Assembly (NCBI RefSeq): GCF_037042905.1
Contig: NC_087245.1
Coordinates: 29,948,001-30,012,000 of the forward strand
Direction of reading: 5' to 3'
Origin: Lytechinus pictus
Lineage: Eukaryota
Length of the DNA stretch: 64,000 bases
Below the pieces are notes generated by a model. The model was not told the DNA's origin, did not search any database, and saw nothing but the letters and a program-made list of their open reading frames with translations. Position numbers and translations under genes: made by a program. Positions 45,901 to 50,095 of this stretch are shown here, piece after piece (the stretch's first letter is position 1; every line of letters starts with the position of its first letter).

Positions 45901-48709
45901 TGGTGGGTGTCATGCAAAGATGGAGAGAGCGACAAACCATCCATCTTCTTCTCTATATTGTCCAGTCGTTGTATCAACTTCACGTACAGGGGATCTATTG
46001 ATGTTGCTGCAACAGGACTTGGAGTTGGATTAAGGGAGACTTGTTGCCTCTTCTCTGTTTGCTGCGCTCTTTCGACTCTTAATGCAATTTGAAGTGCGTC
46101 GTTGAGAGTCATACCACCAAGTTCATGTATCTTCACTTGCAATTGAGTGTCGAGACCAGCGATGAACCGGCGAAAACATTCCCCCTCTTTTGCCTCCTGA
46201 TCGTAGCTAGGAAAAGCCTCTTCAACCATAGTAATAATGGCAGAAGCAAAGACTTCCAAGGGCTCGTTGTACTGTCTAACCCTGGCTGTAATACATGATT
46301 TGAAAGTTTCTATGTACTGGGATCTTCCAAACACTTGTGATAACTTGGCCTTGATTAAGCTAAAGTTCTTTTTTTGCGATTCTGGCAATCCTTCGTATAC
46401 TGTGAACGCCGAACCAGTCAGTCTAGCTGGCAGAAGGATATGGGCCTTGCTAGGACCATCAGGAATAACTTGGATTGCTAATTCAAATCGGCGGATCCAT
46501 TGATGGAAATCTTTTCCATCTTCACCTGAGAAAATTTCTGGTAATTCTAGGCGAAAATTATTCATCTTGGAGAGAAACAGGTAACAGGAATTAAAATACG
46601 TAACTGAAGAAGGAAGACCATGTGGCGATGACTTCTCTCTCTATGATGAAGGATGACTAATTATCTCTCAAACAAGTAAAGAAGATTGCATGTTACATGA
46701 AGAAGGTAGGTATATAATTTCTACCAACAATATCATGCAATCATTCAATACTAAGCTTAAAAGAGAATAATTATAAAACTGTCAAACATCAGTCTCGAAG
46801 AAGGAAGATAAAATCTTGTAATTGCTGTCATGTACTTGGCAGAATTTAAAGCTATATAAGTATCAACCTTGTCTGAAGTAGGATGACATATGTAAATATA
46901 ATAGAGTAAAAGTTTGAAGACTTACTCAATTAATGGAGACTTGACTTTCTGTATTTGTCAAAAATTCAAGATGGAGGAAGAAATCTGTCTAAATTGAAGA
47001 ACAGGAACTCCACATCCAAGTAAATTCACGCTGAGAAGAGCAAAGGTGTCTATCTTGAAGCAGGGTGAATATCAAAATCTCTGAAGTAGGATGAAAATTG
47101 CCAACCATGAAGTAGGGTGAATTAATTTTCTGAAGTAGGATGAAATATCATGCAAACTAAACTCAACTCGAAGTAGGGTGAATATAGCTTGAGGCTATCA
47201 CTTGCTTGAGTCTCTGCCTGAAGTTGTGGGGACCACCGCTGCCACCAATTTGTAGAGTGGCCAGAGCGGTAAAGGGCGTGGTTCTAAAAACTTACAGAGA
47301 CATGAGACAACCTCACTCAGTGATTGCCTGTGATGAACTGCCCTGGGCTGAATAACTTTAAACCTCAGGGGTTTATTTGGCATAAAATATTAACATGCAT
47401 GATTTATATATAACAAAGGTAAATAATGAATATTCAAATATCAAAGATAGCAAATAAAAGAAATACATGAATATACATGGCAAATGAATAGCTGCTAATG
47501 AATTATAATGAACCTAAGTCAGAGGGAGAGAACCAATCAGAGAATAAGAACTTAGCAAGAGTCAAGTATGAGTGAACATGAGCATGAACAAAAGAAAGGG
47601 ATGGAAGAGTGAATCTGGTATGTTGAAATGAATGTAAAGAAGGTGATGGAAGAAAAGATGGAATTTTGATGACTAACAAGAGAAGAGAGGATGATCAAGA
47701 ATAATGAAAACATCTATAAAACCCTGTTCACACTACAGCTCTACAATAGTATGCTAGCTTCAGTCCATGATTTAATCCATGGACTAAAGTTATCACCGGG
47801 GTATAACTCAGCCGTGGGTTAAATTTAGCACCGGGTGCTAAAGTTAGTCCATGGATTAGTTAGTCCATCGTTTGTGAATAGCGCGGTGGACTAACTTTAT
47901 ACCCCGGTATTAGTTAACCCCCGACTAAATTTAACCCCGGTATAACTTTAGTCGACCTTTGTGAATTCGGGCCATTGTTTGGCATTGACCATACAAACTT
48001 ATTGACAATTTTTGAAAAAATTAAATGCATGAGCTCTCAAATTTTGCCAGTTGTAGGATTTGAATGAAAATCATCTTCATTGATATAATTGAGGCCATGA
48101 GTTAAGAGATTCAGGCAGTTTCGTATTCAAATATTTGCAGCAGCATTATTTTCCCAAATCATGGATCTGGCTTTATTTGTGGCACTGAAATATTGAGAAA
48201 AAAAGAAAAGGAAATTAATAACACCAAAAATTTAAAGTTATTAAGAAAATTACGGCATGAACTTGTGCAATTTTTAACAAGTTATTTTTGGATTTTAACT
48301 TTGATTGTTCCACGGCTAATTGCATCAGGTGACAGGACGTCTCTTGTATCTGACATATTTTCAATGTCCCTGTGACAATACTTATGAATAATGATGATAA
48401 TTGTTCATTCATATTCCTTAATTTATATATGGGTAGAACTAAGAGTATGAAATTTGAAATTTTGAAGTTTTGTTGTAAGGCTTTATCACACTATATCTGA
48501 ACATGCTTCCTAAAAGGAAGTGAGAATATTGGATTCTTTATTTCCTTCTTCCATCTCATTCACAGATTATTCAGGTTGCTCGTCGGAAAGCCAAGGAGTT
48601 TGAGGAGTCGGCCGAGCGAATTAAATCCTTCCGTTCTATTCACAAGATGTGCGGAACATCTTCCAAGCTTGATATCACCAAATTCAAGCAAATCGTGGCA
48701 CGAGTATGA
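787..48709 (+). CDS. MSH6: DNA mismatch repair protein MSH6, 3' part (20 coding exons in window, 2757 nt spliced = 918 aa + stop; 5' exons upstream of window)
   Basis: Manual splicing at GT-AG sites gives one continuous frame with consistent intron phases. Motifs: [15 protein letters not shown] and [10 protein letters not shown] (mismatch-binding domain), [38 protein letters not shown] (Walker A), [20 protein letters not shown] (Walker B), [19 protein letters not shown]. The [17 protein letters not shown] and SGFPE segments point to MSH6 rather than MSH2/3. Confidence 0.96.
1355..1452. repeat. (CAT)n-like microsatellite
   Basis: Imperfect atc/cat trinucleotide run. Confidence 0.9.
1500..1565 (+). 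CDS. MSH6: MSH6 exon ([21 protein letters not shown])
   Basis: ttttcag acceptor, gtatgt donor, phase-consistent; VVKREICRI motif. Confidence 0.92.
2159..2310 (+). CDS. MSH6: MSH6 exon ([10 protein letters not shown]...[14 protein letters not shown])
   Basis: tag/gtgagt boundaries; connector domain. Confidence 0.92.
2873..2944 (+). CDS. MSH6: MSH6 exon ([24 protein letters not shown])
   Basis: tag/gtatgt boundaries; GQF-DDR--SRFRTL motif. Confidence 0.93.
3043..3346. mobile_element. MITE-like inverted repeat element
   Basis: Left tatagtatg..agagaaggcatgtaattag..gtgacaaaacttggcagaa mirrors right ttctgccacgttttgtcactaatttgcatgccttctct..catactata. Confidence 0.65.
3820..4054 (+). CDS. MSH6: MSH6 exon (VLFERGK...[10 protein letters not shown]...KEMLSD)
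   Basis: cag/gtagga boundaries; FWDA-KTL motif. Confidence 0.92.
4743..4812 (+). CDS. MSH6: MSH6 exon ([22 protein letters not shown])
   Basis: tttag/gtaaga boundaries; ALSALG motif. Confidence 0.92.
5539..5668 (+). CDS. MSH6: MSH6 exon ([17 protein letters not shown]...KQHM)
   Basis: cag/gtgaga boundaries; YLKKC--QELLSM motif. Confidence 0.92.
5723..5880. mobile_element. Harbinger/Tourist-like MITE
   Basis: TIR gggcctgtttcataaaggactt / aagtcctttatgaaacggggccc; CWG flanks. Confidence 0.8.
5903..6028. mobile_element. Harbinger/Tourist-like MITE
   Basis: TIR gggcccgttgcaaaaagagttgc / gcaactctttctgcaacgggcgc; CTG TSD both sides. Confidence 0.85.
6122..6291. mobile_element. degenerate Harbinger-like MITE
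   Basis: ggtgtttcataaagctg ... cagcttcatgaaacatc inverted termini. Confidence 0.6.
6747..6919 (+). CDS. MSH6: MSH6 exon ([12 protein letters not shown]...[16 protein letters not shown])
   Basis: aag acceptor, gttggt donor; core MutS domain III motif. Confidence 0.92.
7342..7440 (+). CDS. MSH6: MSH6 exon (LDAIEDI...LPDLERLLS)
   Basis: tttag/gtaagt boundaries. Confidence 0.93.
7565..7784. mobile_element. Tc1/mariner-type MITE
   Basis: TIR caattgtgctcaaatgttagtgaacc / ggttcactaacttttgagcaccactg; TA on both sides. Confidence 0.8.
7952..8032 (+). CDS. MSH6: MSH6 exon ([26 protein letters not shown])
   Basis: ttag/gtaaga boundaries; HPDSRAI motif. Confidence 0.93.
8068..8340. repeat. (GAT/GGT)n degenerate microsatellite
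   Basis: Trinucleotide low-complexity tract that generates spurious poly-M/poly-H ORFs. Confidence 0.9.
8674..8769 (+). CDS. MSH6: MSH6 exon ([14 protein letters not shown]...)
   Basis: tag/gtaagt boundaries; KI-DF--AL-GF motif. Confidence 0.91.
9155..9239 (+). CDS. MSH6: MSH6 exon ([10 protein letters not shown]...[14 protein letters not shown])
   Basis: aag acceptor, gttcgt donor; required for phase continuity between flanking exons. Confidence 0.85.
9506..9799. mobile_element. hAT-type MITE
   Basis: TIR cactggcggatccagg / cctggatccgcccctg; exact 8-bp TSD AATGGAGG (9498-9505, 9800-9807). Confidence 0.9.
9830..10690 (-). pseudogene. possible highly degraded piggyBac-like transposase remnant
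   Basis: Minus-strand fragments across frames resemble, in the right order, piggyBac motifs: FNRL..RPSI (DRLxKxRP), W..Q*HV.MICT (WxDxxxVxMLST), NYNK, STWYF..LF.S.F.LY, and a Cys-rich tail; many stops and frameshifts. Confidence 0.35.
10387..10522. mobile_element. Harbinger/Tourist-like MITE
   Basis: TIR gggtccgttacacaaaggtttgc / gcaaacctttgtgttacggagcc; CTG TSD. Confidence 0.85.
10750..11362. mobile_element. degenerate inverted-repeat DNA element
   Basis: tttcatgaaatgagttttccaactttgcttca (~10784) mirrored by tgaagcaaagttagaaaactcatttcatgaaa (~11253); ends uncertain. Confidence 0.5.
11552..11707 (+). CDS. MSH6: MSH6 exon ([16 protein letters not shown]...KRLGCK)
   Basis: tttcag/gtaggt boundaries. 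Confidence 0.93.
12255..12487 (+). CDS. MSH6: MSH6 exon ([18 protein letters not shown]...RRVFHKFDE)
   Basis: aag acceptor, gtaagt donor; clamp domain, KGYKRYW. Confidence 0.92.
12995..13480 (+). mobile_element. tRNA-derived SINE (degenerate), interrupted by a MITE at ~13136-13343
   Basis: A-box-like tagtctagtgg, B-box-like gagtttgaatccc; colinear with the better-preserved SINE at 56464-56740; (ATT)n-like tail. Confidence 0.7.
13136..13343. mobile_element. Harbinger-like MITE (related copies at ~480-685, partial ~14540-14670, and 51778-51987)
   Basis: TIR ggggtgtttcacgaagatttaagtatgact / agtcatacttaattctttgtgaaacacccc. Confidence 0.8.
13496..13628 (+). CDS. MSH6: MSH6 exon ([21 protein letters not shown]...CRPDI)
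   Basis: tgtag/gtattt boundaries. Confidence 0.92.
13706..13882. repeat. (AAT)n/(ACT)n microsatellite tract
   Basis: Direct inspection. Confidence 0.85.
14023..14121 (+). CDS. MSH6: MSH6 exon ([13 protein letters not shown]...YIPNDTFIG)
   Basis: tacag/gtaaga boundaries; GRHP and IPND motifs. Confidence 0.93.
14722..14938 (+). CDS. MSH6: MSH6 Walker-A exon ([16 protein letters not shown]...[10 protein letters not shown])
   Basis: ctcag/gtgagt boundaries; P-loop. Confidence 0.95.
14960..15554. mobile_element. Kolobok/T2-type MITE
   Basis: TTAA|aggggaatcca ... tggattcccct|TTAA; TTAA TSD with AGG termini; empty site preserved in the adjacent tandem copies. Confidence 0.9.
15555..16574 (+). 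repeat. tandem array (~155-168-bp unit, 6 full copies + 1 partial) of the MSH6 Walker-A exon 3' half, splice donor and intron start
   Basis: atgg(c/t)a(c/t)agct recurs at 15593, 15761, 15923, 16078, 16242, 16401 and 16561 (partial); full units encode [18 protein letters not shown](D/N)[13 protein letters not shown] sequence followed by a GT donor. Confidence 0.95.
16845..17883. mobile_element. non-autonomous Tc1/mariner-superfamily (Tc2/pogo-like) DNA transposon
   Basis: TA|ccgtaagtaacggactataaaccgcacc ... ggtgcggttaatagaccgttacttacgg|TA. Confidence 0.85.
18448..18685. repeat. GA-rich low-complexity/minisatellite
   Basis: Recurring gagagacagtgggaaaatga units. Confidence 0.8.
18820..19405. 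mobile_element. Kolobok/T2-type MITE
   Basis: TTAA|aggagaatgaaac ... gtttcattctcct|TTAA, with long imperfect internal inverted arms. Confidence 0.9.
19678..20212. mobile_element. non-autonomous DNA transposon with poly-G/poly-C termini (possibly EnSpm/CACTA-like)
   Basis: gggggggatactc ... gagtgcccccccc inverted ends; internal repeated ggggtcc(t)tcggaac motifs; TSD not resolved. Confidence 0.5.
21324..21568 (+). CDS. MSH6: MSH6 Walker-B exon ([11 protein letters not shown]...DELGRGT...FSTHYH)
   Basis: gtcag/gtacgt boundaries. Confidence 0.95.
22140..26191. mobile_element. large foldback DNA element with long inverted arms built from ~200-bp repeats (Academ-like termini); HINE nested in right arm
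   Basis: Termini taggccaagagcattagg / cctaatgctcttggccta flanked by AAC on both sides; left arm repeats (aaaatccaagatggcttccaaaaatggagtctaaa) are the reverse complement of right arm repeats. Confidence 0.85.
25064..26014 (+). mobile_element. HINE/Helentron-like non-autonomous element, copy 1
   Basis: 5' gtctcacctgcatagcagagtgagac hairpin/subTIR, (CGG)n tract, ~160-190-bp core tandem repeats, 3' tgcaggtgagac..cattccacttg; inserted in a T-run. Confidence 0.85.
26297..26431 (+). CDS. MSH6: MSH6 exon ([23 protein letters not shown]...ARLADIPDE)
   Basis: atag/gtagga boundaries; HTH dimerisation region. Confidence 0.95.
29102..30621 (+). pseudogene. HARBI1-like Harbinger DDE transposase remnant (second copy 32651-34170; C-terminal traces ~35548-35640)
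   Basis: Fragments [82 protein letters not shown]; frameshifts and stops. Confidence 0.8.
34196..35182 (+). mobile_element. HINE/Helentron-like element, copy 2
   Basis: Same structure as copy 1; empty site cagtttttaatgtg visible at ~30640 in the duplicate. Confidence 0.9.
35691..35930. mobile_element. hAT-type MITE
   Basis: Imperfect TIR tagtggcgtaccta / taggtacgctagtg; exact 8-bp TSD CTTGGTTG. Confidence 0.85.
36696..37169. mobile_element. Kolobok/T2-type MITE (same family as 60768-61353)
   Basis: TTAA|aggtcaagtcctcccc ... ggggtggacttgtcct. Confidence 0.75.
38860..39330 (-). pseudogene. possible Myb/SANT-like DNA-binding ORF2 remnant of the Harbinger element
   Basis: Minus-strand fragments [12 protein letters not shown] and [11 protein letters not shown]...WSNMKSR resemble the MSANTD consensus (ELExLxxEV ... 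VNAVxGxxR..KWSDxKS); position and orientation fit a convergent two-ORF Harbinger layout. Confidence 0.5.
39429..39923 (-). repeat. 3' LTR (495 bp)
   Basis: tgtagag...ctctaca; no mismatch to the 5' LTR found by eye. Confidence 0.97.
41506..45618 (-). CDS. pol: Gypsy Pol polyprotein (protease, reverse transcriptase, RNase H, integrase), probably expressed by -1 frameshift
   Basis: Uninterrupted ORF of 1362+ aa: AYIDSGS (PR), SPWASP/FCVDYR/YLDD (RT), TDAS..YDRELWA (RH), H-H-CxxC zinc finger, D..D..E core (HTDQG, GLVERAN), WTGPY module. Confidence 0.96.
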   Translation of the reverse strand, partial: GKLPIVGDVGHSSTVTTPTHVDIEYNSSKEQQPPYIPITFDSKYALAYIDSGSYISVISSEFYESIHKSKRSPLMKCHLSATSITQEVLDILGTIHSLVHLGNTSRRHTFIVARGISHSVVIGWDFFWKFDATISPTSFTIPGQTIPLVSKDQHQEQSSLKCSVSLLPTSDISQSQQKNAGQLLSAYSDVFSSSSDDIGKTDSTYHHITTTSDVPICQRAYRTSPAMRVDIQSQVDELLRRGIIEKSYSPWASPIVMVKKKDKTFRFCVDYRALNAVTIKDSHPIPRQDDSIDALSSSKFFSVIDLSSGYWQVPLNPEDKEKTAFTTGTGLYHFNVMPFGLKNAPMTFQRLMESVLHGLHWSTCLVYLDDVIVLGKNFEDHLRNLKDVLHRFREAGLKLKPSKCQFFRREVTYLGYVINANGVLPDPSNITKVSSWPRPQSPTKIRSFLGLASFYRRFIQDFSKIASPLTILTQKGAKFIWTEQCEVAFNTLKKALTNPPLLAYPDFSVEFNFSTDASLNAIGAVLSQVQDGQERVVAYFSQMLSKSQQKWSTYDRELWAIIASVRNFRHYLRGQQFTIFTDHQPLLGYEKVPIQDDLSGRRARWIIELDAYSFHIKHRKGHQNGNADAMSRLPTSSPEQVANDVVMTRNHTSSTRVALPLECNVMQTRSSTQATHESQAEDKSQPTFTQPQDAPETFTLTGQESELRYYQNEDRDIRHVKEFVKDGYRPSVREIRNYNPRMRKFLWEYPRLVIDQDILYRTKLDQFGATTQQPVIPASLIQKVLQELHGHPSSGHFGLQRTLLRAEATCYWPCMRRDITNYCSTCTICEAFRSPNPKYQAPLRNITTDHPLQMVFADIAELPTSRRGYKYILVIVDHFSKYVNIYPMKNQTAQTVSKHIFEDYITEHGIPEVLHTDQGRQFESRLVQQLCQKLGIRKSRSTPYHPQGAGLVERANRVIKEQLARYVRDQGGDWDNHLHQLQLAYNSSVHSTTGMTPYFILHGREARVPANITCPVPIQYSDPPEQYALDLHSRLKKSFQYVQQKTQSSQRQQKEGYDKKVRTQKYNINDLVWLHDPTNVRNKLNPNWTGPYSILSSSDDGLNYRIADIHNEKYQKVVHHNRLKLWRSKVPQSKTVTETDKQPNQSHPINPPSNTQPQFEPSYIEWSTDHPQQQADTDQPSWSGQSVPAQEVHPRSLDSLPSSSDQPSWSDMSTSGPNDHLSWSEEPIQPRPDTLHRPDMTDHQPRSGKSKTNPGSESHSKTNPGSESHSKTNPGSVTNSKTNLRSSSNQRQVADPPSVNTNPGSTQQRRVADPPSANDDPNPVQPPGPGSADVQHANTRDKTQPKDDTVTISRYGRRIVRPERFRNSQK
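45603..46565 (-). CDS. gag: Gypsy Gag (320 aa) with Arg/Ser-rich C-terminus and no CCHC knuckle
   Basis: ORF between PBS and pol; PEIFSG..W..RFE N-terminus and RQ..EP..F motif typical of retrotransposon capsids. Confidence 0.92.
   Translation of the reverse strand: MNNFRLELPEIFSGEDGKDFHQWIRRFELAIQVIPDGPSKAHILLPARLTGSAFTVYEGLPESQKKNFSLIKAKLSQVFGRSQYIETFKSCITARVRQYNEPLEVFASAIITMVEEAFPSYDQEAKEGECFRRFIAGLDTQLQVKIHELGGMTLNDALQIALRVERAQQTEKRQQVSLNPTPSPVAATSIDPLYVKLIQRLDNIEKKMDGLSLSPSLHDTHHRQADRHRSPSPPPYPYQSSRYRSPSPRRYDDRRRSTHPERYRSPSPRRYDDHRRSTHPQRYSQRSRSPSSTQEPRGRLDQRYQRSPSRHVRFDEGNYQ
45612..45618 (-). promoter_or_regulatory. -1 ribosomal frameshift slippery heptamer G GGA AAC
   Basis: In gag frame two codons before TAG; the -1 frame is open into pol; a downstream stem-loop is present. 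Confidence 0.85.
47233..47247 (-). promoter_or_regulatory. primer binding site, tRNA-Leu type (TGGTGGCAGCGGTGG)
   Basis: 3 nt inside the 5' LTR; complementary to the CCACCGCTGCCA-CCA 3' end of eukaryotic tRNA-Leu. Confidence 0.85.
47251..47745 (-). repeat. 5' LTR (495 bp)
   Basis: Contains a CCAAT box, minus-strand TATATAAA and AATAAA in the expected order. Confidence 0.97.
48566..48709 (+). CDS. MSH6: MSH6 terminal coding exon ([24 protein letters not shown]...VARV*)
   Basis: Strong polypyrimidine tract plus cacag acceptor; phase 0 matches the 26431 donor; A-RKA-EFE motif typical of the MSH6 C-terminus; TGA at 48707-48709. Confidence 0.9.
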   Translation: MIQVARRKAKEFEESAERIKSFRSIHKMCGTSSKLDITKFKQIVARV

Positions 48710-50089
48710 GATGGAAGAATGTGATCACATCATAATTCTTCTAACCTGCAGATTCAGGATTTCATGACCATCTTCAAGAAATAGGTAGGAACTGTGTTAT
48801 GAGATCACGTAATATTGCTCGTAATGATATTATTTTCTGTTTTTCTTTTACCCGTGAATGACAAGATTTCATGAGAAATAAGGAGATAGTCTTGGCCCCA
48901 CCGACATGCATTTGCGAAGTCGTGCTAAGTAAAATCATGGTTCGTAATACGCTAGCCAGAATTGGCACAATATTTACAGAAAGAAAGGGCAGTTTCTTAA
49001 GTCTTTTCATGACTTATAGCATAAGACTTAATGACAGGGGCCATATCTGGTGAAGTCAAGACAAATAATTCACAACTCTCTTAGTCTTTTATGTATTCCA
49101 TCAAAACTTTCAACAATATTCTTATTAAATCTTGCTGCTTTCAATGAAACAAATTTGTCACCCTGGTGAACTTTCCCTTTAAGAGAAATAATAGTCTTCA
49201 AGTTCAGTAATTGTCAATGCTGGACTGGACAGATGTCCATGGTCTCAAGAGATTCTACTAAGGCAGACACACTTGTATATAAATAATAATTTTACCTGAA
49301 AGGGGCCATTTCTTTTGGCTTTTAAGAGCATTAATATGAAAAATATCTTGGTGATTATTAAGTGGTCATCATGAAGTTATTCCTTTTTTTTTTTTACAGT
49401 ACTATGCCATGTGGCATCATTTAACCAAATAAATCCAAATGGATTTAAAAGAACATGAAGAGAGCATTGAAAATGAAATTGATGTTGGTGATGATGTCTA
49501 TGTTTATTCATATGTTACATCAAGTGTAGCCAGTCCTCATTTTCCATCGTTTATTATGTATTTTGCATGTTTATATCACATAGTGCCAAAGGTACAGTAT
49601 GTGATATTTCATATGGTGCTAATTCTGTATTTAAGGTACTGCATTTTAATTTTGGGGCTAAATTAGTGAAGGTAGTTAAGAAATAGTCACAGATATTAAT
49701 AACAAAGCGAGTACACATCTTATTTTATGGTGTAATGGGATCCATTTTATAATTTTATTTTGAATGAAAGTGATAATGGCAAGAAGTAAACAACCCCCAC
49801 CCTGCCACTCCGCTGTGGCCATCAATAACATTTGTACACTGCCAATTATTTGTTTGTAATCGTGTGACTATGTTCTTGTTCTACCCAAAGATAAACTTGT
49901 ATCAAATAGTTCATTGAGTATTAACATGTACTTTGTACTAATGTGATAGTGGTAGTATTAACTTGACTAATGTCGTTCATTATTGTCTACTCTAATCTGC
50001 ATTATAAATATAAACATGTAGAGATGATATACAAAAGATCCATTACATGGAGTATATGAAGAAACATGACTCTAGTTCTTCAGTACATG

Positions 50090-50095
50090 AATAAA
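50090..50095 (+). promoter_or_regulatory. candidate MSH6 polyadenylation signal AATAAA (alternative at 49428)
   Basis: Hexamer downstream of the stop with a T-rich tract at ~50150; not unique in AT-rich DNA. Confidence 0.3.

Larger units (their letters stand above)
39429..47745 (-). mobile_element. full-length Gypsy/Ty3 (Metaviridae) LTR retrotransposon
   Basis: Two 495-bp TG..CA LTRs, ATAG TSD (39425-28, 47746-49), PBS, gag, and pol in PR-RT-RH-IN order. Confidence 0.97.
26613..47973. mobile_element. decayed PIF/Harbinger-superfamily DNA transposon filling the last MSH6 intron (21.4 kb including nested insertions)
   Basis: TIR ggcccgaattcacaaaggt / acctttgtgaattcgggcc; 3-bp TSD ATT (26610-12, 47974-76); subterminal ggactaaagtta repeats at both ends; internal transposase and Myb/SANT remnants. 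Confidence 0.9.

Noticed and set aside
41603..46503. Antisense and alternate-frame ORFs overlapping gag/pol
   Set aside because: Short shadows of the real retrotransposon ORFs with no recognisable domains.
46870..47185. Short repeats with unique spacers resembling a CRISPR array
   Set aside because: Repeats are only 12 bp, spacers are irregular, there are no cas genes, and the context is a eukaryotic retrotransposon leader.
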